NCBI GenBank assembly: GCA_963663225.1
Contig: OY760142.1
Location: 640,001 to 704,000 of the forward strand
Source of the DNA: Nitrospirota bacterium
GTDB lineage: Bacteria > Nitrospirota > UBA9217
Length of the DNA stretch: 64,000 nucleotides
Reading direction: 5' to 3'
The notes beneath the pieces are model-generated. The model made no database searches and was not told the origin of the DNA. It saw only the letters and a program-made list of their open reading frames with translations. How positions within the stretch are numbered: the first letter of the stretch is position 1; every line of letters begins with the position of its first letter. This document shows positions 39,389 to 50,154 of this stretch, one piece after another. The position numbers were made by a program, and so were the translations under genes.

Positions 39389-39970
39389 TCAACAAGATCC
39401 GCGTTCCGCATTCCCGGTCTCCTCATACTGCTCCACCCCGATCCGGTAGAGGTCACCTCCATAGATATCATTCGCCACAATCGCCGGGAAATTATCGACT
39501 TCAAGCCGCATGATTGCTTCCGCACCCAAATCCTGGAAGAAGGCCACTTCCGCCTTTTTTATGGTCTTGGAAATAAGCGCGCCGGCGCCGCCGATGGCAG
39601 CAAAATAGACGGCCTTGTGCCGCTGAATGGCGTTCTTTACCTCCTGACTGCGAGGACCCTTGCCAATCATTCCCTTCAGCCCCTGTTCCAGCAGCGCAGG
39701 GGTATAGTTGTCCATGCTGTGGCTCGATGCGGGCCCCGCAGAGCCGATGAGGCTCCCCGGCGGTGTCGGCGTGGGACCAGTGTAATAAATGATCTGACCT
39801 TTCAGATCAAACGGCAGCTTCTCACCCTTTTTGCAGTGTTCCACCATGCGTTGATGAGCCCTGTCTCTGGCGGCATAAAGCACGCCGGTAATCATTACAC
39901 GGTCCCCGGCCCTGAGCTTTTCAATAACGTCGTCTGTCAGCGGCGGTTTTATTGTCATGGAATCAGTCAT
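39389..39970 (-). CDS. class I fumarate hydratase/tartrate dehydratase beta subunit
   Basis: ARDRAHQR, IYYTGP, MIGKG and D..G.DLY motifs. Confidence 0.9.
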   Translation of the reverse strand: MTDSMTIKPPLTDDVIEKLRAGDRVMITGVLYAARDRAHQRMVEHCKKGEKLPFDLKGQIIYYTGPTPTPPGSLIGSAGPASSHSMDNYTPALLEQGLKGMIGKGPRSQEVKNAIQRHKAVYFAAIGGAGALISKTIKKAEVAFFQDLGAEAIMRLEVDNFPAIVANDIYGGDLYRIGVEQYEETGNAERGSC

Positions 39971-40026
39971 TTGGCCACCCACCTGAAGCTGCTCCTGAAA
40001 AAAGTACGAGTCCGGCTTAAGCGCTT

Positions 40027-40866
40027 TTATAATATGATCGTTTTGTGTCTTGCTGCATGACAATTAATATTCACGGCCACCGGCAGACTGGCCATATGAC
40101 ACGGGAAGCTTTCCACGTGAATTGCCAGTGCGGTCACTTTGCCGCCGAGTCCTTCCGGGCCGATTCCTGTTTTGTTCACCGCTTTCAGCAGCAGCTCTTC
40201 CAGCGAAGACAGCTCCAGTTTCGCATTGGGGCTCCCGACCGGCCTAAGCAGCGCTTTTTTAGCGAGAAGAGCCGCTTTTTCGAAATCTCCGCCGATTCCC
40301 ACTCCGACAACAACCGGCGGACAGGGATTGGCGCCTGCCTTCCGTACGCATTCGAGCACGAAGTTTTTGACGCCGTCCACCCCTTCAGTGGGATTGAGCA
40401 TACGGATCACGCTCATGTTCTCGCTCCCTCCCCCTTTGGGCATAAACGATATTTTGAGCTTGTCGCCGGGCACCAGTTCCGTGTAAATAATGGCAGGAGT
40501 ATTGTCGCCGGTATTTTTCCGGCTGATCGGGTCCACCACGGATTTCCGGAGATGCCCCTCTCGATATCCCTTGCGGACGCCTTCATTAATTGCATCCACG
40601 ATAAAACCATTCTTGATTCTGAGGTCCTGGCCGATTTCGACAAAAAAAATGGCAATGCCCGTATCCTGGCAGAGGGGAATATGGTCCTCACGCGCAATGC
40701 GCGCATTCTCCTGCAGAAGCCCGATGATTTCCTTCGCCGTGGGAGCCGTTTCTATTTCAGCCGCCCGTTCCAGGGCCGTCAACACATCGTCGCTCAGAAT
40801 ATAGGCTGCTTCAATGCACATCTGAGCGACTATATCCCGTATTTCGTCAACATGAATTTCCCGCAT
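40027..40866 (-). CDS. class I fumarate hydratase/tartrate dehydratase alpha subunit (Fe-S)
   Basis: PLCQDTG, KGGGSEN, ANPCPP and NCHAAR. Confidence 0.92.
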   Translation of the reverse strand: MREIHVDEIRDIVAQMCIEAAYILSDDVLTALERAAEIETAPTAKEIIGLLQENARIAREDHIPLCQDTGIAIFFVEIGQDLRIKNGFIVDAINEGVRKGYREGHLRKSVVDPISRKNTGDNTPAIIYTELVPGDKLKISFMPKGGGSENMSVIRMLNPTEGVDGVKNFVLECVRKAGANPCPPVVVGVGIGGDFEKAALLAKKALLRPVGSPNAKLELSSLEELLLKAVNKTGIGPEGLGGKVTALAIHVESFPCHMASLPVAVNINCHAARHKTIIL

Positions 40867-40898
40867 CGTTTGTCCGCCGCATACTGTACGCGCAGGCG

Positions 40899-42176
40899 CT
40901 ACAGTTTCGTTATTTTGATCTTGGTTATTTTTCTTCCCTCAAGTTCGAGGACTTCAAGCTTCAGGTTTTTGTATTTGAGCAGTTCTCCGACTTTCGGCAT
41001 GCGGCCGAACAAACCAAACAGAAATCCGCCGAGGGTGTTGAATTCCTTCGATTGAAGGTTGGACCCGATTAGTTCATTCACTTCATCGAGCGCTGATTGG
41101 CCGGAAACCACCAGGTTCTTCTCATCCACGATCTGGACGTCTTTTTCCTCCGCTTCCAGTTCATCGTGAATGTTCCCGACAATTTCTTCGATAAGATCTT
41201 CCAGCGTAACGAGTCCTGATGTACCCCCGTACTCGTCGATAACAATGGCAATCTGGAACCGGTCCCGCTGCATCTCGGCAAGAAGCTCGCTGACCCGCTT
41301 GTTTTCCGGAATAAAATACGCCGGCCTGATAAACTGCCGGATGCCGGCTTCTCGGTTGACATCTCGGGTTGACATGGCAACGAGAATGTCCTTAATGTAC
41401 AGAATGCCGATCACCGTGTCTATCGTTTCTTCAATGACCGGGTAGCGGGAGTATCCGAACTCCGCAACAAGGGAAAAGACCTCCCGCAGTGTCGCATTTG
41501 CGGGCACGCTTATAATTTCAGTCCGCGGCCGCATCGCCTGCGATGCAAGCGTGTCGCCGAATTCAAAAACTTTGTGGAGTAGCTCCTTTTCCTCTTCCTT
41601 GAGGGAACCGCGCTCCTCGCCGAGGTTGATCATGTTTTTGATGTCTTCCTCGGTGACTACGGCGGCGCAGGACGTTCCCTCCGGACCAGGCCCCACCATC
41701 AAATCCGCTGTCTTCGTCAGAAATCTGGACACCGGTGACAGCAGGCGCACAACCGGCCGCAAAAAGGGAGCGGCCAGCAGCGCGAAACGGTCGGGATTTC
41801 TGCAGGCAACGCTCTTCGGGGCAAGTTTGGCAAAAAAAACAATGAGCAGCGTCATGAAAAACGCCGCGAGCCCTGCAGCAGGATACAGCCACGTCAGCAG
41901 ATTCATGGCGATAACCGCGCCGAGAACCGCCGCAAGGACAATGAAAAAATTTTCTGCCAGCAACAGGGTGGAATGAAGAATATCGGATTCCTGCAGCAGG
42001 AGAAGCGCTGCTGCTGCCTTGGTATCTCCGGATTCCGCCATCTGCTGTAAGCGGGATTTGCTTAAAAAAACCACCGCGGTTTCCGAAGCCGCAAACAGTG
42101 CTGCAAAAACGACACTGAGACATGCGATGGCCAGCGGAAGCCAGAAATGGAGTATCACGGTCGTATTCGTATCCAT
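40899..42176 (-). CDS. CNNM/HlyC-CorC family transporter (DUF21-CBS-CorC)
   Basis: ASETA, MRPRTEI, YSRYPV, IDEYGGTSGLVTLED and TLGGF. Confidence 0.9.
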   Translation of the reverse strand: MDTNTTVILHFWLPLAIACLSVVFAALFAASETAVVFLSKSRLQQMAESGDTKAAAALLLLQESDILHSTLLLAENFFIVLAAVLGAVIAMNLLTWLYPAAGLAAFFMTLLIVFFAKLAPKSVACRNPDRFALLAAPFLRPVVRLLSPVSRFLTKTADLMVGPGPEGTSCAAVVTEEDIKNMINLGEERGSLKEEEKELLHKVFEFGDTLASQAMRPRTEIISVPANATLREVFSLVAEFGYSRYPVIEETIDTVIGILYIKDILVAMSTRDVNREAGIRQFIRPAYFIPENKRVSELLAEMQRDRFQIAIVIDEYGGTSGLVTLEDLIEEIVGNIHDELEAEEKDVQIVDEKNLVVSGQSALDEVNELIGSNLQSKEFNTLGGFLFGLFGRMPKVGELLKYKNLKLEVLELEGRKITKIKITKL

Positions 42177-42216
42177 AGTACGGTTCTACAAACAGATTGC
42201 TGACTGAAGTACGAGA

Positions 42217-44013
42217 TTATACTTTTTCTCCCGTTACCCTGATGACTTCGTCAAAGGTCGTCGCCCCCGACAGCATCTTTTGCACCGCAGCGTCGCGAAG
42301 ACCGATCATGCCGTCTTCGATCGCGGTTTTCCTGAGCAGTTCAGCATCCGACTTCTCTCTGAGAATATCTCTGATTTTGTCGTTCACTTCCATGACTTCA
42401 AAGATACCGCTCCGCCCCCTGTAGCCGGTGCCCCTGCAGAGCGTGCATCCTTCACCGTATTTCACCGCGATCTTTCTGCTTTTGTCCGCAATGAGTCCGA
42501 TCGCCTCCGCCTCTTCCGGCAGCAGTTCGTACGTTTTCTCGCAGTTGGAGCAAACCGTTCTGACAAGCCGCTGGGCCATGACGCCGATCACCGTGGAAGA
42601 GATGAGATACGGGGGGACTCCGAGATCAAGAAGCCGGATGATCGCACTGGGAGCGTCATTGGTGTGAAGCGTGGAAAAAACAAGATGGCCGGTGAGCGCC
42701 GCCTGAACCGCGTTTTCCGCGGTTTCAAGATCGCGGATCTCGCCTACCATGATGACGTCCGGGTCCTGTCGCAGGATGGTGCGTAGCGTGCTTCCGAACG
42801 TAACGCCGATCTGCGGCTGAACGCTCACCTGGTTGAACTTATCGTAGACCATTTCGATGGGATCTTCGATGGTCACCACATTGACCGCAGGCAGAGCAAT
42901 TAACTTGAGCGCCGAATAAAGCGTCGTTGTTTTTCCGCTGCCGGTGGGACCGGTCACCAGAACGATACCGTGCGGCCGGGCAATGAAGGAGCGAAACAGT
43001 TCGTACTCCCGCGGGGAGAAGCCGAGTTCCTCCAGGTTTTGGAGCAGGATTTCCGGGTCGAATATCCTGATTACGATTTTTTCGCCAAAGGCGGTCGGCA
43101 TGGTGGATACGCGGAGTTCAACTTCGCGATTTTTGAATTCCGTCTTGATTCTTCCGTCCTGGGGCCGTCTCTTTTCGGCGATGTCCATGCGGGAGAGCAT
43201 TTTGATGCGCGAAACAAAAGCCGGATGCACCGCTTTGGGGATTTTGTGGACGGTATTCAGCACACCGTCTATCCGCAACCGGACTTCGCTTGCGTCTCGC
43301 TTGGGTTCAATGTGGATATCGCTCGCCCGCTGATCGAACGCATACCGGAGCAAAAACTCGACCGCATTGACGACATGTTTGTCCGTAGCCTCGATTTCGG
43401 ACACGGACTTCATTTTGACGAACTGTTCGAGATTTCCCAGATCCACTTCCGACGTCAATTCCTTTGCCGCTGCGGAGACCGACGAGCGGAATCCATAGAA
43501 CTCGGTTATGATCTTCAGGATGTCGCTTTTCGGGGAAACAACGCGTTTGACCTTGTATCCCATGCGCTCTACATTCTCAACAACCTCGATATTGTAGGGG
43601 TCCGATACGGCAAGGGTAATGCTGTCAGTGTCCCGATCCAAGGGGATGGAAATGCTTCTGCGGGCAAACGCCCGGGAGAGGATTTGGGTGGTAATTTCAG
43701 GGTTGAGTTTCAGCGGGTCAATTTTCACAAAAGGCAGACCCGCATGCTGTGCTACGATCTCGGTAATCGCATCCTCTGTCAAAATCTGGCCGGGAGCTCC
43801 GGGTATCTCGAGGTTGAGCGATGATGCTACTTCGATCGCTGATATTTCGTCCTCGATATGGACTCTGCCCCGCTGTAGCGAGTCTCCCCTGGCTTTCAGC
43901 AGCTTCATTCTCTGCGTATCTTGCTTAATATTGATTTCCCGGGCTTGTTCAGGGTTCAATTTCCCGGCTTTGATTAACATATCGCACAGAAGGTTGGTCG
44001 TCAGCTTTGTCAT
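42217..44013 (-). CDS. GspE/PilB-family secretion or pilus ATPase
   Basis: ASDIHIEP, GPTGSGKTTT, TIEDPIE, LRQDPDVIMVGEIRD, STLHTN and a tetracysteine Zn motif. Confidence 0.92.
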   Translation of the reverse strand: MTKLTTNLLCDMLIKAGKLNPEQAREINIKQDTQRMKLLKARGDSLQRGRVHIEDEISAIEVASSLNLEIPGAPGQILTEDAITEIVAQHAGLPFVKIDPLKLNPEITTQILSRAFARRSISIPLDRDTDSITLAVSDPYNIEVVENVERMGYKVKRVVSPKSDILKIITEFYGFRSSVSAAAKELTSEVDLGNLEQFVKMKSVSEIEATDKHVVNAVEFLLRYAFDQRASDIHIEPKRDASEVRLRIDGVLNTVHKIPKAVHPAFVSRIKMLSRMDIAEKRRPQDGRIKTEFKNREVELRVSTMPTAFGEKIVIRIFDPEILLQNLEELGFSPREYELFRSFIARPHGIVLVTGPTGSGKTTTLYSALKLIALPAVNVVTIEDPIEMVYDKFNQVSVQPQIGVTFGSTLRTILRQDPDVIMVGEIRDLETAENAVQAALTGHLVFSTLHTNDAPSAIIRLLDLGVPPYLISSTVIGVMAQRLVRTVCSNCEKTYELLPEEAEAIGLIADKSRKIAVKYGEGCTLCRGTGYRGRSGIFEVMEVNDKIRDILREKSDAELLRKTAIEDGMIGLRDAAVQKMLSGATTFDEVIRVTGEKV

Positions 44014-44063
44014 AAAAATACCGCGAAGTCACAGTCCTCAATTGCACAAGATGGCTTAAACAT

Positions 44064-44093
44064 AAAAGGCCCCCACGAATGCTAGGGAGGGCC
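44064..44093 (-). terminator. probable intrinsic terminator upstream of the GspE/PilB gene
   Basis: Minus strand GGCCCTC...GGGGGCC followed by TTTTATGTTT. Confidence 0.5.
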
Positions 44094-44240
44094 ATGCTTG
44101 CAAGAGTAACTTATTGTGGACGACCAAATACGCTGGTGTTGATAATACAGAACAGATCCCGCTTACAGCTTTTTCCCGGGACAGCGTCCTGTCACAAGAG
44201 AATTGTCGAATATGAATCAAGCCGGTTTCCGCAGAAGTGT

Positions 44241-44468
44241 TTATAGTATTCTGGTGGCTACTGAACGGGTAACCGTTAGCTCTTTTACCTGCTGGCCGAG
44301 CTTCTCTGTCAAAAGTTCCTGCTGCGCCTCGTTCAGGCGAAGCCGAAAAACACGGAGTTTGTTCAATGAACGCTTTGAGAGATATATTTCGTGGAGCTCA
44401 AAACCGATCTGCTTTTTGATATCCGCACTCTGCTGTGCCGTCAACTCAAGTTTAACAGCCTCTTCCAT
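44241..44468 (-). CDS. small hypothetical protein with internal two-fold repeat
   Basis: Has its own TTGAAT-17-TATAAT promoter and an AGGGGG RBS. 75 aa. Confidence 0.7.
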   Translation of the reverse strand: MEEAVKLELTAQQSADIKKQIGFELHEIYLSKRSLNKLRVFRLRLNEAQQELLTEKLGQQVKELTVTRSVATRIL

Positions 44469-44579
44469 TGAACGTACCCCCTGAAGTTGATTATAGGCAT
44501 TTTACTGATGAAATTCAAGTCTTTTTTCCCTATGCGACTTCTTCCAAACGGGATACAGACTGCAAAAAAACCGAGATTG

Positions 44580-46271
44580 TCATACCTGCATTACCAGCTT
44601 TTCGACTATTTCCCCGACCACTTGATCGGCTTTTATCTTTTCAATCGCTCCGGTTTTCCGCACTTTTAATTCGACAAAACCTTCCTTTAAGTTTTTCTCG
44701 CCGATAACAATGCGATACGGTATGCCGATGAGATCGGCATCCTTGAACTTAACGCCCGCTCGTTCATCGCGGTCATCCAGCAGAACTTCGAAACCTTTTT
44801 CCTCCAGCCCCGTGTAAATCCCTTCTGCAACATCCATTGTTGACACGTCTTTCACATTCACCGGAATAATCTGAATATGAAACGGCGCTATGGAGAGCGG
44901 CCAGATGATTCCGTTTTCGTCGTTGCCCTGTTCGATGGCCGCCGCCGCAATCCGCGCGGGGCCGATGCCGTAGCTGCCCATGATAATCGGCTTCTCAACG
45001 CCGTTTTCATCCAGATAGTTCGCCTTCAGGGGGACGGAATACTTCGTTCCGAGCTTGAAGATATTGCCGATCTCGATTACCCGTTCTATGCGGAGGGGCT
45101 TGCCGCACCGGATGCACGCATCGCCCGCTGCTGCCGAATGAATATCCGCGAACTCAGCATCGGCGAAATGACCGGCCGCTGACACCCCTTTTGCATGATA
45201 TCCTTCCTTGTTTGCTCCTGCGACATAAACGCCCTGCCGGAGAGATGGATCGGCGATTTTCCGCACAGAGTGACCCATGGGGCCGATGAACCCGGCTGGC
45301 ACTCCGAGGATGTTCTTTACTTCATCTTTCTGCGCGGGCCGGTGCGGACCGATAAGCTTGGCAAGTTTCTTCTCGTGCAACGTTTGATCGCCGCGCACCA
45401 GGGCAAGAACCGGCTCTTTTTCGCTCATTACCAAGATTGATTTAACCAGCAGGCCGGGTGAAAGCTTCAGAAAACGGGCGACTTCTTCAATCGTGCGCTT
45501 TTCCGGCGTTGCCACTTCCTCATACGCCCAAACCGGGAAATCCGGCGACCGCGGAATTGATTCGGCAAGTTCCACGTTTGCCGCATATCCACAGGAGTCG
45601 CACAGTGCGACATCGTCCTCGCCTGCTGCGGACGGAGCCATGAATTCGTGCGCCATGGAGCCTCCCATGAGGCCGGTATCGCTCTGGACGACGCTGAATG
45701 CAATGCCGCAGCGGCTGTAGATTCTCTTATATGCGTCGAGATGAAGTTCGTAGGACTTGTCCAGGCCCTCCTGGTCCCGGTCGAAACTATAGGAGTCTTT
45801 CATGATGAATTCGCGGGTCCTGAGCACGCCGCTCTTGGGACGGGCCTCGTCCCGCAGCTTGGTCTGCAACTGGTACCAAATCTGCGGCAGTTCACGATAG
45901 GAACGGATATCATGGGCGGCCAGCCAGGTCATGGTTTCTTCATGCGTCATGGCCAGACACATGTCGCGACCGCCCCGGTCCTTCAGGCGGAACATCTCAT
46001 CGCCGATGACATCCCATCTTCCGCTTTGCTGCCATACTTCACCGGGGTTCAGCACGGGCATGGTCACTTCCTGACCGCCGATGGCGTTCATTTCTTCACG
46101 GATGATCCGGTTGATTTTTTCCATCACCCGCTGTCCGAGGGGAAGATAAATATAGAGTCCTGCGGCAAGCTGGCGCACAAATCCCGCGCGCACCATCAGT
46201 TTGTGTGAAATTGACTCCGCTTCCGCCGGGGCCTCTTTCAACGTGGGAATAAACAGATGAGAATAACGCAT
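44580..46271 (-). CDS. proS: proline--tRNA ligase
   Basis: KLRDEARP, REFIMKDSYSF, INS editing domain, EIGNIFKLG and GSYGIG. Confidence 0.97.
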   Translation of the reverse strand: MRYSHLFIPTLKEAPAEAESISHKLMVRAGFVRQLAAGLYIYLPLGQRVMEKINRIIREEMNAIGGQEVTMPVLNPGEVWQQSGRWDVIGDEMFRLKDRGGRDMCLAMTHEETMTWLAAHDIRSYRELPQIWYQLQTKLRDEARPKSGVLRTREFIMKDSYSFDRDQEGLDKSYELHLDAYKRIYSRCGIAFSVVQSDTGLMGGSMAHEFMAPSAAGEDDVALCDSCGYAANVELAESIPRSPDFPVWAYEEVATPEKRTIEEVARFLKLSPGLLVKSILVMSEKEPVLALVRGDQTLHEKKLAKLIGPHRPAQKDEVKNILGVPAGFIGPMGHSVRKIADPSLRQGVYVAGANKEGYHAKGVSAAGHFADAEFADIHSAAAGDACIRCGKPLRIERVIEIGNIFKLGTKYSVPLKANYLDENGVEKPIIMGSYGIGPARIAAAAIEQGNDENGIIWPLSIAPFHIQIIPVNVKDVSTMDVAEGIYTGLEEKGFEVLLDDRDERAGVKFKDADLIGIPYRIVIGEKNLKEGFVELKVRKTGAIEKIKADQVVGEIVEKLVMQV

Positions 46272-46319
46272 GCAACCTCCAAAACACGGACCGCGGAGAG
46301 AGCGCAGGCATGGCTGGCT

Positions 46320-47408
46320 CTACTCTTTTTCCCGGTTTCCGCCTTCAGTTTTTTTTTGTCTGGCCAGCGCTTCAGCTTCACCAACCAAGGCATCCGCCAG
46401 TTCTGCTTCGGGGAGTTTTCTGATGATTTCCCCATGCTTGAACAACAGTCCGATTCCCTTGCCGCCTGCAATGCCGACGTCTGCTTCACGCGCTTCTCCC
46501 GGTCCGTTCACTACGCAACCCATGACTGCAACCGTCAGAGGTTCTTTGATGCCGGCAAGCCGCCTTTCTACTTCCTGGGCAAGGCTGATAATATCTATTT
46601 CCGTTCTGCCGCAGGTCGGGCAGGAAATAACGTTTACACCGCGCTGCCTGATGCCGAGCGACTTCAGGATCTCGTATCCAACACGCACTTCTTCCACCGG
46701 GTCGGCAGTAAGAGAAACCCGCAGCGTGTCACCGATGCCTTCGGCAAGCAGGATGCCGAGCCCCACGCTTGATTTGATCGTTCCGGAAAAAATCGTACCA
46801 GCCTCGGAAATGCCGATATGAAGCGGATAATCGGATCTGCCGGAGAACAGCCGGTACGCCTGTACCGTCGTAAGCACATCCGATGCTTTGAGCGAGACTT
46901 TGATACTCGTAAAATTCAGCTCTTCAAGAATGCGAATATGCCCAAAAGCGCTCTCCACGATGGCTTCCGGAGTAGGATGCCGGTATTTCTCGAGCAGCTG
47001 TTTCTCCAGAGACCCCGCATTCACGCCGATGCGGATGGGGATGCCGTTGTCGCTGCACGCCCTCACCACTTCAGCAGTTTTTTCCTTCCCCCCGATGTTC
47101 CCGGGATTGATGCGAAGCGCATCTACTCCCTGCTTTACCGCCTCAACGGCAAGCCGGTAGTCGAAGTGGATATCGGCAATCAGCGGAAGAGACGTTCCCT
47201 TTCTGATCTGCCCGAGGGCGCGAGCCGCGTCATTGTCCGGCACCGCCAAACGCACCACCTCACAACCAGCTTGTTCTAGCCTCATGATTTGCGCCAGTGT
47301 CTCCTGGACGTTTCTCGTGTCCGTATTGCACATGGACTGAACAACTACAGGCGCGTCTCCGCCGATCCTCAGCGCGCCGAGTGATATCTGCCTGGTCTTC
47401 TTACGCAT
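46320..47408 (-). CDS. ispG: HMBPP synthase
   Basis: VQSM, ADIHF, RINPGNIG, IRIGVNAGSL, SCPTCGR and MGCVVNGPGE. Confidence 0.97.
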   Translation of the reverse strand: MRKKTRQISLGALRIGGDAPVVVQSMCNTDTRNVQETLAQIMRLEQAGCEVVRLAVPDNDAARALGQIRKGTSLPLIADIHFDYRLAVEAVKQGVDALRINPGNIGGKEKTAEVVRACSDNGIPIRIGVNAGSLEKQLLEKYRHPTPEAIVESAFGHIRILEELNFTSIKVSLKASDVLTTVQAYRLFSGRSDYPLHIGISEAGTIFSGTIKSSVGLGILLAEGIGDTLRVSLTADPVEEVRVGYEILKSLGIRQRGVNVISCPTCGRTEIDIISLAQEVERRLAGIKEPLTVAVMGCVVNGPGEAREADVGIAGGKGIGLLFKHGEIIRKLPEAELADALVGEAEALARQKKTEGGNREKE

Positions 47409-47480
47409 AATGGTATCGCTCATAGGAATGAATATCCGCAAACGTTCTGTTTCCCGATTCTGCCGGGTAGGAACAAGAGT

Positions 47481-48764
47481 CTACTTGGTGAAAAACATTC
47501 TCATGATATCGTTGTAAGACACCACCACAATCAATGTTATCAGCAATGCCGCCCCGATGCTCTGGGCCACTTCCATGGTCTTGCGCGAGAGCGGTTTTTT
47601 CCGGATCACCTCAATGATCAGGAACAGGACCAGCCCTCCATCGAGCACCGGAATGGGGAGCAGATTCAGAATGCCGAGAGAGATGCTTACAAATGCGAGA
47701 AACAGTAAAAACGACGAAAGCCCGGCGGCCGCGGCCTGGCCTGACATCTGTGCTATCATGACCGGTCCGCCGATATTTTTGATGGAGATGTTCAGGCTGA
47801 ACAGCTGCTTTAAGGTAATAAACGTAAGGTCCATTAAATCTATCGTTTTGCTGAAACCGAGTTGCACAGACTCAAGAAATCCGTATCTGACCAGCACTTG
47901 TTTAATAATGGGTTCCACGCCGATCACATATCTTCCGTTGTCTATAATCGGGGTCACGGATTTTTCAATACGCTTTCCCTCGCGTTCCAGCAGAAGCGTG
48001 AGTTTTTCCCCTTTGCTCTCGCGTATCAGTGTGGAGAACTGGTTCCAGTGATAGATAATACGGCCATTTACGGCGATGATTTTGTCGTTCACTTTGATGC
48101 CACCCTGCTCGGCGGGAAATTCCGGTTTCAGCCTTCCGATCTCCGCCGGCATATCAGGAACGAGACCCGAAGTGCCGATTTTAAATTCCGTCGCGGTCGC
48201 AGGCCGGAGCGCCAAATTCTTTTTCTCCCCGTGCCGTTCGACAACAACCGTCACCTCTGTTTCCGGGTTCACCGCGATCAGGGCCAGCGCCTTCGACCAG
48301 TCGGTGATGCTCCTTCCATTTACCTTCTCGATCACATCGCCGGCCATGAATCCTGCCCGTTCTCCCGGTGAATTTTTTTCCACATAGCCGACCTTCGCAG
48401 GCCCTTCGGAATAGGTCCCGATCATGAACACAAGCGGCATTACCAGAAATGCGAGCAGAATATTCGTAAGCGGACCCGCGATTCCGATCTTTATCCTTTG
48501 CCACACGGTTTTGGACTGAAACTCTCCGGCGTCGCCCGTCGGCTCTTCGTCCGGGTTTTCTCCGGCCATTTTCACATAACCGCCGAGCGGAAGCGCGGAA
48601 ATGAGATATTCCGTATCCCCCTTTTTAAAGCCGACAAGCTTCGGCCCAAATCCCAGCGAAAACTTTTCCACCCGGACGCCGGCCCGCTTCGCCATGATGA
48701 AGTGGCCGAACTCGTGCACAAACACGAGGATGCCGATCACGATCAGAAAATATATCAGTGTCAT
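47481..48764 (-). CDS. rseP: RIP metalloprotease RseP
   Basis: HEFGH, two PDZ domains and NLLPIPVLDGG. Confidence 0.96.
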   Translation of the reverse strand: MTLIYFLIVIGILVFVHEFGHFIMAKRAGVRVEKFSLGFGPKLVGFKKGDTEYLISALPLGGYVKMAGENPDEEPTGDAGEFQSKTVWQRIKIGIAGPLTNILLAFLVMPLVFMIGTYSEGPAKVGYVEKNSPGERAGFMAGDVIEKVNGRSITDWSKALALIAVNPETEVTVVVERHGEKKNLALRPATATEFKIGTSGLVPDMPAEIGRLKPEFPAEQGGIKVNDKIIAVNGRIIYHWNQFSTLIRESKGEKLTLLLEREGKRIEKSVTPIIDNGRYVIGVEPIIKQVLVRYGFLESVQLGFSKTIDLMDLTFITLKQLFSLNISIKNIGGPVMIAQMSGQAAAAGLSSFLLFLAFVSISLGILNLLPIPVLDGGLVLFLIIEVIRKKPLSRKTMEVAQSIGAALLITLIVVVSYNDIMRMFFTK

Positions 48765-48928
48765 TATTGCTCCTTACTACCATTTAGATTACTGCACAGG
48801 TTTTATTCCTCAGGATTCGCCGACGGTGTACATATCATTCAGAAAGAAAGCATGCATGAGCCGAAAGAAGAACCATGATTGCATTTTCCTTTTTTTTCGA
48901 ACAGCATATGCGAGTGAGTCGTCCGCTG

Positions 48929-50092
48929 TTATCCGTGCATTTTCGTTTCGACGATTTTTTCCGCTTTCTGTCGGGCCCAAATATCCGCTTTCAGCGCCTC
49001 TTCGACGGTCTTAAGGGGAAACGGCGTATGGGACTCCATTGTCGCTTTAATCACGCGGGCGATGTCGTTGTAACCGATTTTTTCCTCTAAAAAATATCTG
49101 ACGGCAATTTCGTTTGCCGCTGAAAGCACTGCCGGCATGGTGCCGCCGGCCGTAAAGGAGTCATACGCAAGAGCAAGACACGGGAATCGCTCCATGTCGG
49201 GCTCCTCGAATGTCAGCGTGCCGACCGAGGCAAGATTCAACGCTGGCGATACGTCAGGAAGTCGTTCGGGATACGAAAGTGCATAGGCAATGGGCCCTTT
49301 CATGTCGGGCATGCCGAGTTGTGCCAACACCGCATGGTCTTGAAATTCCACCAGAGAGTGAATAATGCTCTGCGGATGGATGAGCACCTTGATCCTTTCC
49401 GGCTCCATGCTGAAAAGCCAACGCGCTTCGATCACTTCCAGCCCCTTGTTCATAAGGGTTGCCGAATCAATGGTGATTTTCCTGCCCATGCTCCAGTTCG
49501 GATGATTGAGGGCCTGCGCCAACGAAACGGTTGCAAGATCTTTCTTTGAATATTTGCGGAACGGCCCACCCGATGCGGTCAGGATCAGTTTTATAATATG
49601 CCTGCATGCACCCGCCTGCAGACACTGAAAAATGGCGCTGTGCTCGCTGTCCACAGGCAGGATGGACACTCCGCGTGCGCGGCTTTCCGCCATGACAAGT
49701 TCACCCGCAGTCACCAGCACTTCCTTGTTTGCAAGCGCTATGTTTTTGCGTGCACGGATCGCCGCCATCGTGGGCACGAGTCCGGCTGTCCCGACAATGG
49801 CGGAGACCGTGGTGTCTGCTTCTTCTGCAGCCGCAACCTGGATCATGCCTTCTATACCATGCATGACGCGGACCTTCAAGTCAGAGCATCTGTTCTTCAG
49901 GATGTCCGCCGGTTTTTCTCCGGCAACCGCGACGAGGTCCGGTTTGAACAATCTCACCTGTTTTTCCAGAAGATCAATGTTGTTTCCTGCTGCAAGGGCG
50001 ACAACACGAAATTGGTCGGGAAATTTTTCCACCACCGCAAGCGTGGATTGCCCGATGGAACCGGTAGAACCCAAGAGGGAAATTTTTTTCAT
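48929..50092 (-). CDS. dxr: 1-deoxy-D-xylulose 5-phosphate reductoisomerase
   Basis: GSTGSIG, LANKE, PVDSEHSA and WSMGRKITIDSATLMNKGLEVIE. Confidence 0.98.
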   Translation of the reverse strand: MKKISLLGSTGSIGQSTLAVVEKFPDQFRVVALAAGNNIDLLEKQVRLFKPDLVAVAGEKPADILKNRCSDLKVRVMHGIEGMIQVAAAEEADTTVSAIVGTAGLVPTMAAIRARKNIALANKEVLVTAGELVMAESRARGVSILPVDSEHSAIFQCLQAGACRHIIKLILTASGGPFRKYSKKDLATVSLAQALNHPNWSMGRKITIDSATLMNKGLEVIEARWLFSMEPERIKVLIHPQSIIHSLVEFQDHAVLAQLGMPDMKGPIAYALSYPERLPDVSPALNLASVGTLTFEEPDMERFPCLALAYDSFTAGGTMPAVLSAANEIAVRYFLEEKIGYNDIARVIKATMESHTPFPLKTVEEALKADIWARQKAEKIVETKMHG

Positions 50093-50154
50093 GTTGTTTC
50101 ACTCCACAGCGTAACGCTGCCGCAAATCGCAGCAACGTTCGAATGTATATGGAC

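Noticed and set aside
44014-44240. cyclic-dinucleotide riboswitch upstream of the GspE/PilB ATPase
   Set aside because: A terminator-like hairpin is present, but I found no recognisable aptamer. The simplest reading is a terminator for upstream genes.
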